This document shows, piece after piece, positions 18,445-27,829 of a DNA stretch of 64,000 nucleotides. Source of the DNA: Anaerolineae bacterium. Lineage in GTDB: Bacteria; Chloroflexota; Anaerolineae; B4-G1; SLSP01. Position 1 is the first letter of the stretch. Each line of letters opens with the position of its first letter. The DNA is taken from NCBI GenBank assembly GCA_035347995.1, contig DAOPQD010000005.1, positions 6,433 to 70,432 on the forward strand. Direction: 5' to 3'. Both the position numbers and the translations under genes were made by a program. Below the pieces are notes generated by a model, which ran no database searches, was not told the DNA's origin, and was given only the letters and a program-made list of their open reading frames with translations.

Positions 18445-18855
18445 ATGCTGATCGAGCTGCTTTCGATTATCATCTTCACCTTCGCCCTGGCGCTGTTTGT
18501 GCTGGGCGGCTTCACCTTGTGGATCGAGAAGGCGCGGCGGCGCACGCTGGGCCTGGTGATGATGCTCAGCGCGCTCCTCGTTGCCGGGGGGTATGCCTTT
18601 CTGGGCAGCCGCTTCTCCATCGCCTTGCTGGGACGGTTGATCATCCTGGTGGATCTTCCCCGTTTGATGGCGACGGCCCTCGTCTACACCAGCGGCGTGC
18701 TCATCGGTCTGGCGCTGGCAGGCGGCTTGTTCCTGTGGATCTCGGGGCGCATCGTCCGTCCTACGCGGCTGGAACGTTACCTGGCGCTGTTCGTCGGCGT
18801 CACCTTGCTCATCGGTCTGCTCATCAGCCTGATGGCGATTGCCGTCAGCAGGTAA
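18445..18855 (+). CDS. hypothetical integral membrane protein (about 4 TM segments)
   Basis: 136 aa, four long hydrophobic stretches, SD AAAGGAGA. No family recognised. Confidence 0.6.
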   Translation: MLIELLSIIIFTFALALFVLGGFTLWIEKARRRTLGLVMMLSALLVAGGYAFLGSRFSIALLGRLIILVDLPRLMATALVYTSGVLIGLALAGGLFLWISGRIVRPTRLERYLALFVGVTLLIGLLISLMAIAVSR

Positions 18856-18877
18856 GAAGGACCGCTGCCATCGCAAG

Positions 18878-18967
18878 CACAAAAATGTGAGTTATGAGCG
18901 GTAAGCGGAGACTGCGACAGTTCTCGACTCACGATTCACCGATCTCTATTTGCTGAGGAGGCTCTGC
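18878..18967 (+). promoter_or_regulatory. structured 5' leader module, copy 1 (GTGAGT arm .. ACTCAC-N3-TCAC arm .. CTCTATTTGCTGAGGAGG SD)
   Basis: 57/74 positions identical by hand alignment, gap-free, to the module at 34348..34421. See findings. Confidence 0.5.
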
Positions 18968-20119
18968 ATGGTGCGTACACGCGAAGAATTGGAACGGATC
19001 GAGGACCTCACCCTCGCGCCCTATGCGATGCGCAGCGGGCACTCGCGTGGGCGCGTCTTCCCCGAAGAGGAAGCGCCTTACCGCACGGCTTTTCAGCGCG
19101 ATCGGGACCGCATCCTCCACAACACGGCCTTTCGTCGGCTGGAATACAAGACGCAGGTCTTCGTCATCCACGAGGGGGATCACTACCGCACTCGCCTGAC
19201 CCACACCCTGGAAGTCACGCAAATCGGGCGGACGATGGCCCGCGCGCTCGGCGCTAACGAGGATTTGGTGGAAGCCGTGTGCCTGGCGCATGACCTCGGA
19301 CATCCCGCCTTTGGCCATGCCGGCGAGATGACGTTGAACCGCCTGATGCAGGGACATGGCGGCTTCGATCACAATCGGCAATCACTGCGCATCGTGGAAC
19401 AACTCGCCGCGCATTACCCGGAATTCCACGGCCTCAACCTCACCTGGGAAGTCCGCGAAGGCATGGTGAAACACGAGACCGAGTACGACGTCGCCGACGC
19501 TTCCACTTTCGAGCCGGAAAAGCAGTGTACCCTCGAAGGGCAGCTGGCCAATCCTGCCGATGAGATCGCCTACACCGCTCACGACCTGGACGACGGCCTC
19601 CGCTCCGGCCTGCTGCGTCCGGAGCAACTCAACGGCCTGGCCTGGTGGGAACACCTCAAGGTCAGCCTGGGATGGGACGGCGGGCATTTCAATGACATGG
19701 TGCGCTATCGGCTGACGCGCCGCCTGCTGGGGCTGCTGGTCACCGACCTGATCGAGGCGACTTCAGCCCGGCTGGAGGCCGAGGGCTGCGCCAGCGTCGA
19801 AGACGTGCGTCAATGCCCCCAGAAAATGGTAGGACTTTCGCCCGGCGTTGCCGCTATGACCCGCGAGCTCAAACACTTCCTCTACGAAAACCTCTATCGC
19901 CATCCGCACGTCATGCGGATGCAGCTCAAGGCGGAACGGGTGATCACGGCGCTTTTCGAAGCCTACCTCAGCGAGCCGGCGCAACTGCCCTACGACGTGC
20001 AGGCCCAACTGCGAGAACGTCCTCTGGAGCGAGTGGTCTGTGACTACATCGCCGGCATGACCGATCGCTACGCGCTACAAGAATATGCCAAACTCTTCGA
20101 TCCTATGACGGCAGTGTGA
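18968..20119 (+). CDS. dGTPase-like dNTP triphosphohydrolase (HD domain)
   Basis: FQRDRDRILH, RLTHTLEVTQIGR, HDLGHPAFGH, C-terminal DYIAGMTDRYA. ATG at 18968 follows a GAGGAGG SD. Confidence 0.85.
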   Translation: MVRTREELERIEDLTLAPYAMRSGHSRGRVFPEEEAPYRTAFQRDRDRILHNTAFRRLEYKTQVFVIHEGDHYRTRLTHTLEVTQIGRTMARALGANEDLVEAVCLAHDLGHPAFGHAGEMTLNRLMQGHGGFDHNRQSLRIVEQLAAHYPEFHGLNLTWEVREGMVKHETEYDVADASTFEPEKQCTLEGQLANPADEIAYTAHDLDDGLRSGLLRPEQLNGLAWWEHLKVSLGWDGGHFNDMVRYRLTRRLLGLLVTDLIEATSARLEAEGCASVEDVRQCPQKMVGLSPGVAAMTRELKHFLYENLYRHPHVMRMQLKAERVITALFEAYLSEPAQLPYDVQAQLRERPLERVVCDYIAGMTDRYALQEYAKLFDPMTAV

Positions 20120-21042
20120 ACATGATTCGTACTGAACATTTGACCAAACGTTTCGGCCCCTTGTTGGCAGTAGAGGACCTGAATCTGCACGTCGAGCGGG
20201 GCGAGGTTTTCGGCTTTCTAGGGCCGAACGGCGCGGGCAAGACGACGACGCTGCGGATGCTCGCCGCCCTCATCGCGCCGACTTCCGGCGCAGCATGGAT
20301 CAACGACCGGCGCGTGGGGCAGGATGACGAAGCCATCCATGCCAGCATCGGCCTGCTCACCGAGACGCCGGGGCTCTATCCCCGCCTGAGCGCCAAAGAG
20401 AATCTGAGTTTCTTTGCCAAACTGCACGGCGTGGAAGACATCCCCGGCCAGGTGCGGAAATACCTCACGCTGCTCGAACTCTGGGAACGGCGCTCCGAGC
20501 CGGTAGGCGGTTTCTCCAAAGGGATGCAGCAGAAGCTGGCGATTGCCCGGGCCCTGCTGCACGAGCCGCCGGTCCTCTTCCTCGACGAGCCGACCTCGGC
20601 GCTGGACCCCGAAGCCGCGCGCCTCGTCCGTGATTTTATCGAGACCCTCAAAGGGGAAGGGCGCACCATCTTCCTGTGCACCCACAACCTGGAGGAAGCC
20701 GATCACCTCTGCGATCGAGTCGCGGTGATCAAACAGCGGCTCATTCGAGTAGACGCGCCGGACGCGCTGCGGCAAGACCTGTATGGGCGCTCGGTGCGGG
20801 TGCAGCTGCGGGAAGTCACGCCGGAGATCCTCGCCGCCGTGCGCGCGCTCCCCTTCGTCACCGCCGTCACAGAGGCGCCCCAAGGGTTACGGGTGGCGCT
20901 GGATGAGCCTGAAACGCACAATCCCGAGCTCATCCACGCGCTGACGACAGCCGGCGCGGCCATTCAGTTCGTGGAACGGGAATCGCATTCTCTTGAGCAG
21001 GTCTACCTCGATCTGCTGCACGAGTCGGAGGCAACAGCATGA
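20116..21042 (+). CDS. ABC transporter ATP-binding protein
   Basis: GPNGAGKTT, signature FSKGMQQKLAIA, Walker B LFLDEPTSALD. GTGA overlap with the upstream stop (alternative ATG at 20122). Confidence 0.9.
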   Translation: MNMIRTEHLTKRFGPLLAVEDLNLHVERGEVFGFLGPNGAGKTTTLRMLAALIAPTSGAAWINDRRVGQDDEAIHASIGLLTETPGLYPRLSAKENLSFFAKLHGVEDIPGQVRKYLTLLELWERRSEPVGGFSKGMQQKLAIARALLHEPPVLFLDEPTSALDPEAARLVRDFIETLKGEGRTIFLCTHNLEEADHLCDRVAVIKQRLIRVDAPDALRQDLYGRSVRVQLREVTPEILAAVRALPFVTAVTEAPQGLRVALDEPETHNPELIHALTTAGAAIQFVERESHSLEQVYLDLLHESEATA

Positions 21043-21836
21043 ATCGCAAACGCTTGCAAGCCGTGATCGAAAAAGAATGGCTCGATATGCGCAAGAACAA
21101 AATGGTGCTCAGCATGATGGCTCTGCTGCCTTTGCTGCTCGTCGGCATGATTTTGGGGACGGTCTACTTCATGGAGCGCGCCCCCGACTCTGAATACGAT
21201 CCGGCGACCGGGGACAGCGGCATGGCCTTGCCGCCTGAATTGGAGGCGCTGGGTTACAAAGAGGGGACCATCATCCTGTTGAACGATCAGTACATGTTCT
21301 ATCTGCTGCTCATTCCCCTGACCTTGCCGGTCTACGTCGCCGCGTACAGCATCATCGGCGAGAAGGAGACTCGCAGTCTGGAGCCGCTGCTGGCGACGCC
21401 GGTGAGCACGGCCGAGCTGCTGGTGGGGAAAACCATCTCGGCAGCGGCGCCGGCGATCGTCTTGACCTGGCTCAGTTTTGTGTTGACCGCCGTGGGGCTG
21501 AACTTCATTGCCAGCCCCACAGTATTGGCCTATTGGGTGCGCCCCGTTTGGTCATTGAGCATGGCGTTGCAGACGCCTTTCCTGGCAGTGCTATCCACCG
21601 CTTCTGGCGTCATCGCCTCGTCACGGCTCAACGATCCGCGCGCCGCACAGCAGGTGACGGGGTTGTTCATCGTGCCGCTCATCGCCCTGAGCTTAATCGT
21701 GCTGATGGGGAAGGTCTACCTCAACCTGCAGTTGATGAGCTGGGCGACCCTGCTGATTGCGGCAGTGACGGTCGGCGTGCTCTGGCTGGCAATCCGCCTG
21801 TTTCAGCGGGAAACGATCCTGACGCGCTGGAAATAG
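21039..21836 (+). CDS. ABC-2 type transporter permease
   Basis: 265 aa, about 6 hydrophobic segments, ATGA overlap with the ATPase gene. Confidence 0.8.
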   Translation: MNRKRLQAVIEKEWLDMRKNKMVLSMMALLPLLLVGMILGTVYFMERAPDSEYDPATGDSGMALPPELEALGYKEGTIILLNDQYMFYLLLIPLTLPVYVAAYSIIGEKETRSLEPLLATPVSTAELLVGKTISAAAPAIVLTWLSFVLTAVGLNFIASPTVLAYWVRPVWSLSMALQTPFLAVLSTASGVIASSRLNDPRAAQQVTGLFIVPLIALSLIVLMGKVYLNLQLMSWATLLIAAVTVGVLWLAIRLFQRETILTRWK

Positions 21837-21873
21837 GCGCCCGTCGCGCCGGCCATTGCCCCAAGACCTCGCC

Positions 21874-22191
21874 TCACGCGCGGATCATCACCAGCAGCAT
21901 CTTGAGCGGCGAGAGCGCCTTCAGCCCATGCGGTTCATGCGCGGGCATGATCAGCATCTCGCCAGCGTTGACCGTGAAAGGTTTGCCGGAAACGGTGATC
22001 TCGACCGCGCCCTCGAGCGCATAGACCAGCGCATCGTAAGGCGCGGTGTGCTCGCTGAGCCCCTGATCCACGTCGAAGGCGAACAGCGTCACCGTGCCGG
22101 CGCTGCGGCTCACAATCTCGCGGCTCACCACCGCGCCGGGCTGCACCGCGATCAAAGCATCCAATGATTGTACCTGGGGTTGTGTCATCAT
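21874..22191 (-). CDS. cupin domain protein
   Basis: 105 aa. Cupin motifs LSEHTAPYDALVYALEG and AGEMLIMPAHEPHGL. Confidence 0.8.
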   Translation of the reverse strand: MMTQPQVQSLDALIAVQPGAVVSREIVSRSAGTVTLFAFDVDQGLSEHTAPYDALVYALEGAVEITVSGKPFTVNAGEMLIMPAHEPHGLKALSPLKMLLVMIRA

Positions 22192-22304
22192 AGCCTCCTC
22201 TTCCGAATTCTGCCTTCAAAATAGCAGAAAAGCAAATCCAAAACTACGACAAAAGTCGTGGCGCCCTTGATCTACCCAAACTCCCAACCCCCGTGGGATG
22301 GCCT

Positions 22305-24824
22305 TCAATACCCCACGTAGATCTCCTTCAATAGCTTCGTCGTCGCGCCCTTGGCGCCCGGCTCGCTTTCCCCCACCGGCCCCACGCACGAGGGACAGCC
22401 CTCGGTGCAGGGACAAGTCTGCACGCGCTCCAGCGCCGCCGCAGCGATCTGCTCCCACAGCCCCAGCAGGCGGGGACTCAGGCCCACGCCGCCCGGCGCG
22501 GTGTCGTAGAGGATAATGGAGGGCTGCCCCGATTCCGCATCCCGCGCCTGCACCGAGGCCCCCAGGTCACCGGGATCGCACATGAGGAATACGGGCGCGA
22601 GATTCCGCAGCAGATAGGACAGGCCGCTCAGCGCCGTCCGCGCGCCGCGCGCCCGCTCCACTTTGGCGTGACAGAGCGCACACAACGTCAGCAGGTTTTC
22701 GGGGGCGTGCGCCAATCGCAGCGCCACCGAGGGCGGATACTGCGCGAGAAACGTCCGCAGCGGCGTGAGGTGATGCACCTCCAGCGGCGCTTCGGGGCGG
22801 GCTGGCGCCCCGCACAGGCGGCAGGTGTGGGCGTCGCGGGATAAAATCGTCTCGCGGATTTTGGGCCACTCCGGGCCATAATCCAGCGGCGCGACATGCA
22901 CCCCCTCCTCTGCCAGCAGCTCTACCAGCGTCTCCGCCAGCGTCACCCGGCAGGCCTCCGTCTCGAGCAGCTGCTCCGGCAGATCCATGTCCCCCCAGCC
23001 GAGGGTCTCGTGATTGGCCAGGCTCACCCGCCGGTACGAGGTGGGTTTGCTGTGGACCAACACCTCCTCATCAGTGAGCGTGAGCGCCCCGCGCGGCAGC
23101 GTCTCCCGCAGCGCCAGTCGTTCCACGGAAATCGCCGCTGCCGCGAGGGTATAGTAATCATAGTCGCCGGGCTGCGCCTGCGCCAGCCCGCGCTCCCAAT
23201 CCAGTGCCGTGATGAGATAGGGCGTCCCGCCATGGAAGTAGATCGCCCCCTCATGCACCATGGCCGCGGCGCTTGGACGGTCCATGAGGCCCAGCGTCTC
23301 CCCCGCCGTCGTCTGGATGATCACGTTGTCGGCGGTCGTCGTGCGCAACGAGACGCTCTGCGCAGGATAAGTCTCCCCCACCCAGGTAAAGCGCTCCGCA
23401 CTGCGGTGGAGCACGCCCTCCGCACTGAGTGCTTCGAGCAACGGCGCCACATCCGGCAGCGAGCCGAAAGATTCATCGCGCTCGAAGGGCAGCTCAAAGG
23501 CGGCGCAGGCCAGATGCGAGCCGAGCACCGCCAGCGCGTCGGCGTTCAGACGGGCCTCCTCCGGCGAACGCACGAAGAAATACTCCGGGTGCGTCACCAG
23601 GTATTGATCCAACGGCGCCGGCGTAGCGATCAACACCGACAGCGAGACGCCGGCCCGGCGTCCGGCGCGGCCCATCTGCTGTCGCGTCGCCGCGATGGTG
23701 CCGGGATAGCCCACCAGCACCGACGCATCCAGCGCGCCAATGTCAATGCCGAGCTCCAGGGCGTTGGTGGCGACCACCACCCGGGTGCGGCCCTCGCGCA
23801 GATCCCGCTCGATGGTGCGGCGCTCGTGCGGGAGATAGCCGCCGCGATAGCCCTGGATCACCTCAGCCGGGAAGCCGGCGCGCGCGGCCCGTTCCCGCAG
23901 CTCGCGCAACAGGAGTTCCACCGTCAGCCGCGATCGCGCGAAGACGATAGTCTGCACGCCGGCCTGCAACAGCCGCAGGGTGAGGAACACGGCCTCGGCG
24001 CTGGCGCTGGCGCGCAACCCCAGCTCCGCGTCCAGCAGCGGTGGATTGTAGCACAGCACATGTCGCCCGCCGTAGGGCGCCCCATCGGCCTCCACCGGGG
24101 TGACCGGCGCCTCCCACAGGGATTCGGCCAGCTGCTGTGGATTGGCGATCGTCGCGGAGGCGCCGATGAAGCGCGGCGCCGCGCCGTAGAAGGCCGCCAC
24201 ACGGCGCAGGCGACGCAACACGTTGGCGATGTGGCTGCCAAAGACGCCCCGGTAGGTATGCAGTTCATCGAGCACCACGTAGCGCAAGCCGCTCAGGAAC
24301 CGCAGCCATTGGGTGTGGTGCGGCAGAATGCCCAGGTGCAGCATGTCGGGGTTGGAGACGAGAATGCGCGCCTCCTTGCGGATGGCGGCCCGGCGGCTCT
24401 GCGGGGTGTCGCCGTCGTAGGGGCGCAGGGCGAGCGGTGCCTGCAGCTGGCCGATCCAGGCTTCCAGCGCCGCGATCTGATCGTGGGCCAGCGCCTTGGT
24501 GGGGAAGAGCAGCAGCGCGGTGGCGGTGGGATCGCGCAGCAGCGTGTGGAGCAGCGGCAGCGTGTAGCCCAACGTCTTGCCGGAAGCCGTCCCCGTGGCG
24601 AGCACCACATTTTCCCCGCGCAGGACCGCTTCCACGGCGCAGGCCTGATGGGTGTAAAGCGCAGGAATGCCCAGCGCGCGCCCGGCGGCGCTGAGCCGCG
24701 GATCCAGCTCGGCGGGCCAGGTGACGGTCTGCGCCGCCTGCGCCGGTAACGTGCGCCATGCTGTCACATTGCGGATGAAGCGCGGGTCCTCACGCAGTAC
24801 GGAGAGCAGGGATTCCAGAGCCAT
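22305..24824 (-). CDS. DExH-box helicase of the MrfA/YprA (DUF1998) type with an internal HNH-nuclease-like insert
   Basis: 839 aa. Walker A TGTASGKT, VLDELHTY, helicase C motifs (GYRGGY, TNALELGIDIG, QQMGRAGRR). HNH-like CRLCG..EVHHL..NLLTLCALCH at nt 22668-22823. C-terminal Cys cluster CPCTEGCPSC. Confidence 0.9.
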   Translation of the reverse strand: MALESLLSVLREDPRFIRNVTAWRTLPAQAAQTVTWPAELDPRLSAAGRALGIPALYTHQACAVEAVLRGENVVLATGTASGKTLGYTLPLLHTLLRDPTATALLLFPTKALAHDQIAALEAWIGQLQAPLALRPYDGDTPQSRRAAIRKEARILVSNPDMLHLGILPHHTQWLRFLSGLRYVVLDELHTYRGVFGSHIANVLRRLRRVAAFYGAAPRFIGASATIANPQQLAESLWEAPVTPVEADGAPYGGRHVLCYNPPLLDAELGLRASASAEAVFLTLRLLQAGVQTIVFARSRLTVELLLRELRERAARAGFPAEVIQGYRGGYLPHERRTIERDLREGRTRVVVATNALELGIDIGALDASVLVGYPGTIAATRQQMGRAGRRAGVSLSVLIATPAPLDQYLVTHPEYFFVRSPEEARLNADALAVLGSHLACAAFELPFERDESFGSLPDVAPLLEALSAEGVLHRSAERFTWVGETYPAQSVSLRTTTADNVIIQTTAGETLGLMDRPSAAAMVHEGAIYFHGGTPYLITALDWERGLAQAQPGDYDYYTLAAAAISVERLALRETLPRGALTLTDEEVLVHSKPTSYRRVSLANHETLGWGDMDLPEQLLETEACRVTLAETLVELLAEEGVHVAPLDYGPEWPKIRETILSRDAHTCRLCGAPARPEAPLEVHHLTPLRTFLAQYPPSVALRLAHAPENLLTLCALCHAKVERARGARTALSGLSYLLRNLAPVFLMCDPGDLGASVQARDAESGQPSIILYDTAPGGVGLSPRLLGLWEQIAAAALERVQTCPCTEGCPSCVGPVGESEPGAKGATTKLLKEIYVGY

Positions 24825-24938
24825 GCGCCTATTGTAGCGTAGTCAATGCAGTTGACCAGGACAACAAATTCAGTAAAATCAGGGACGTGGCAACGCCTCC
24901 CTTGTTGCCCCCATCTTATCACTGGAGGTTTTGTGAAC

Positions 24939-26348
24939 ATGCAGGCCGCACTCGTAGAGGAACATGTCCCTTTGAAGAGTCGCATTGCCATCTCAGCGGG
25001 AGATGCAGCAACCGGCATCCTCCAATCGCTGGCGGCGTCCGGGGCGCTGACGTATTACTTCGTCAGCCTGCGTGGGCTGGACCCCAAACTGGCGGGGACC
25101 GTCTGGTTGCTGTTTGGCATCTGGAATGCGGTTAATGACCCACTCTTCGGTTACATCAGTGACCGCACCAAAAGTGCCCTGGGGCGGCGCATCCCCTACA
25201 TCCGCTATGGCGCTCCCCTCTTCGTGTTGGGATTTATCCTCTTCTGGGTCGTGCTCCCCGGCATCGGCAACAGCCAGACCGCCCTCTTCATCCAGCTGCT
25301 GATAGGACTGTTCATCTATGACGTCCTCTACACCGCCATCGCGACCAGTTTCTGGGTCATGCCCTACGAGGTGGCCGTTTCCAACAAAGCGCGGGGCACC
25401 ATCTACATCTGGAAAATCATCTTCATGGTATTCACGCTCGTCGTGCCGTTTGCCGTAGAGGCCACGATTAAGCCAGAGGTAGGCGATGAAGCCGGCATTT
25501 TGCTCTTCCGCTGGGTGATGATCGGATTGGGTGTGGTAATGGGGCTGATCATTTTCTTCAGCACGTTCTTCTTCAAAGAAAAACAGTACATCCAGGAAGA
25601 GGAGCAATTCAATTTCGTCACGTCCTTCAAAGAATGCTTCACCAACCGCTCCTTCGTCGTTTTTGAGGTCTTGAGCTTCACCGTGATGTTCACGCAAACG
25701 GCGCTGATGACGGGTGTCTGGTATTACTTCGACATGCTGAACATGCCTCGCGCCCCCATGCTCGGCGCCCTGGCAGCCGGCATCGTGTTGGGCATCGTCG
25801 CCTGGATTCAGCTGCGGGATCGCTGGGGCATCAAACGCTGCACGCAGGCCTTCACCCTCCTGTTTGCGGTCGGCTGTGTTCTGGTGATGCTCTTCGGGCG
25901 CAATGTGATCCTGGGAACGGCGGGCTTCTTCCTCTTTGGGATCGGGTTCTCCGGCGGGATGTATTTGATTCCACTCATGAACGGCGACGTCGTGGATATG
26001 GACGAACACCGCACGGGGCTCCGCCGCGAAGGGATGTATGCAGGCATCAACAGCTTCATCACCAAACCGGCGATCAGTCTCGCGGCATGGGCATTGCTGA
26101 ACATCATGAAGGCTTACGGCTACAACGAAAATCTCCCTGCCGCAGCGCAGTCTTACTCCGCCGGGACCGGCGTGTTGATCGGTTGGGCTGGCCCAACAGC
26201 GCTGTTGTTGATCCTGTCATTCCTCTCGTTGTTCATGTACCCGCTGGCGGGCGCGGAATGGGAGCAGATCAAACTCAATCTGGCCAAAGCTCACGCCGAG
26301 AAGGAACGTGCGTACCTGGAAACGCACGGCTATAAGTTTGTCAAATAA
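24939..26348 (+). CDS. MFS / GPH-family (glycoside-pentoside-hexuronide type) transporter
   Basis: About 12 hydrophobic segments. DPLFGYISDRT..GRRIPY is the GPH-type loop motif. ATG at 24939 has GGAGG about 10 nt upstream; the track ORF starts earlier at 24846. Confidence 0.8.
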   Translation: MQAALVEEHVPLKSRIAISAGDAATGILQSLAASGALTYYFVSLRGLDPKLAGTVWLLFGIWNAVNDPLFGYISDRTKSALGRRIPYIRYGAPLFVLGFILFWVVLPGIGNSQTALFIQLLIGLFIYDVLYTAIATSFWVMPYEVAVSNKARGTIYIWKIIFMVFTLVVPFAVEATIKPEVGDEAGILLFRWVMIGLGVVMGLIIFFSTFFFKEKQYIQEEEQFNFVTSFKECFTNRSFVVFEVLSFTVMFTQTALMTGVWYYFDMLNMPRAPMLGALAAGIVLGIVAWIQLRDRWGIKRCTQAFTLLFAVGCVLVMLFGRNVILGTAGFFLFGIGFSGGMYLIPLMNGDVVDMDEHRTGLRREGMYAGINSFITKPAISLAAWALLNIMKAYGYNENLPAAAQSYSAGTGVLIGWAGPTALLLILSFLSLFMYPLAGAEWEQIKLNLAKAHAEKERAYLETHGYKFVK

Positions 26349-26498
26349 CCCTCCATCCGCTATCTGGGACGGCGGCCTTCCTCCACACGCTGCCGTCCCA
26401 GGCAGCGTTGGAACCGCGTCCAAAGAAGCGCCCGCAAACCAGAGCCTCATCAACAAGATTTTACGCGCGCGGCTGGAGGAGAGATAAAGCGCGGCGCA

Positions 26499-26526
26499 TT
26501 GACATCAAAGACGAGTATAGTATAAT
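26499..26526 (+). promoter_or_regulatory. near-consensus sigma70 promoter TTGACA-16-TATAAT
   Basis: Both hexamers are perfect. Located about 190 nt upstream of the 26715 start. Confidence 0.45.
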
Positions 26527-26714
26527 CCGCCCCGTTTGTGTGAAACATGGGCCGGGTGCTCTCTGGCAGAGAGCGGGCCGATGGCTCGTTGAAACGTTAA
26601 GGATGGTGGAGCTTGTAAAACTACCCGATCGTGCGCCTTCTTCTCGTCCTTAAGTTGTCCAACGGTATTTTTGTCCCTATTCAATTTGTTCAGGACTGAG
26701 AAGGAGAGCACAGG

Positions 26715-27767
26715 ATGTCATTGCAGCTGTATGTCTTGCGGATAGTAGCCAGCGTCGTAGTCGGCACCTCGGTTTTAACGTTGATTGGCCCCCTGGTAGG
26801 TGAGGTAGTAGCCACCCTCCCGCCCCTGTTCCTCGCGAAAGCCCGTTACGCACCAGACTCACTGGCCCTCCCTTACGAAGAGGTCGCTTTTCCCACCGCG
26901 GAGGGTCTGATCTTGCGTGGGTGGTTTTTCCCCACCGAACAACCGAACGCCCCGGCGGTGCTGTACGCCCCCTCTACGGCCCACGACCAACGCTCCGGCC
27001 TTTCGCTGGTCACGGCCCTTCACCACGCCGGTTATCAAGTGTTGCTGTTCAGCTATCGCGGCCAGGCTCGCAGTGAAGGGAACTATTTCGGCTTCACCTA
27101 TGGCTTTGCCGAGAGCGAGGACGTAGACGCTGCGGTGCGCTTCCTCTACGAGACCAGGGGCATTCACCGCATCGGGGCGATTGGCCACTCCGTCGGCGCC
27201 GTGTCCATCATCCTGAGCGCGGCACGCAATCCCCGGCTGGGAGCCGTCGTCGCCGCGTCGCCCTTCAATTGTGTGGACGAAGTGTGGCAGACCAGCCGCC
27301 CGTCATGGCTCCCCGGCTTCGTGTTCGATTTCATCCTCCGCCTCTCAGAGTTGCGCAAGGGATTTAGCCGCTCTGCGGTCTGCCCGCTGAAGGTTGTGAG
27401 CGAGATTGCCCCTCGCCCCGTGTTGATCATTCAAGGCACCCGCGATCAGCACATCACAGAGCAGCAAATGGAATCTCTGTTCGCCGCTGCAGCAGAACCC
27501 AAGACCTTGTGGCTGATAGAAGGAGCCACCCATGCCGACGTCCGCTCTCCGATGTTAGACGTCTTAATGTCGGACGTGATTGCCTTCCTGGATGATGCAC
27601 TGCGCGAGGAACTCCCCGCTCCGGAATGGGCTGCCGCTGCAGAGGTCAGCGGGGTAACAGGCGATAGCACAATCGAGGCGCAGGGGATACCGGAGCGCGC
27701 TTTGGCATTCGGCGCGGGGCAGCCGTGGCAGTCAAGGGTGCGCCTCCGCCCGCTCGTGCAGAGATAA
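26715..27767 (+). CDS. alpha/beta hydrolase (N-terminal TM anchor)
   Basis: 350 aa. Nucleophile elbow GHSVGA, hydrophobic N-terminus, SD GAAGGAG. Confidence 0.8.
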   Translation: MSLQLYVLRIVASVVVGTSVLTLIGPLVGEVVATLPPLFLAKARYAPDSLALPYEEVAFPTAEGLILRGWFFPTEQPNAPAVLYAPSTAHDQRSGLSLVTALHHAGYQVLLFSYRGQARSEGNYFGFTYGFAESEDVDAAVRFLYETRGIHRIGAIGHSVGAVSIILSAARNPRLGAVVAASPFNCVDEVWQTSRPSWLPGFVFDFILRLSELRKGFSRSAVCPLKVVSEIAPRPVLIIQGTRDQHITEQQMESLFAAAAEPKTLWLIEGATHADVRSPMLDVLMSDVIAFLDDALREELPAPEWAAAAEVSGVTGDSTIEAQGIPERALAFGAGQPWQSRVRLRPLVQR

Positions 27768-27829
27768 ACACAGATTTCTCCCGCTTGTACCGCCACCATG
27801 GCGAGAGGCTCCTGCAAGAATAGAGAGCC

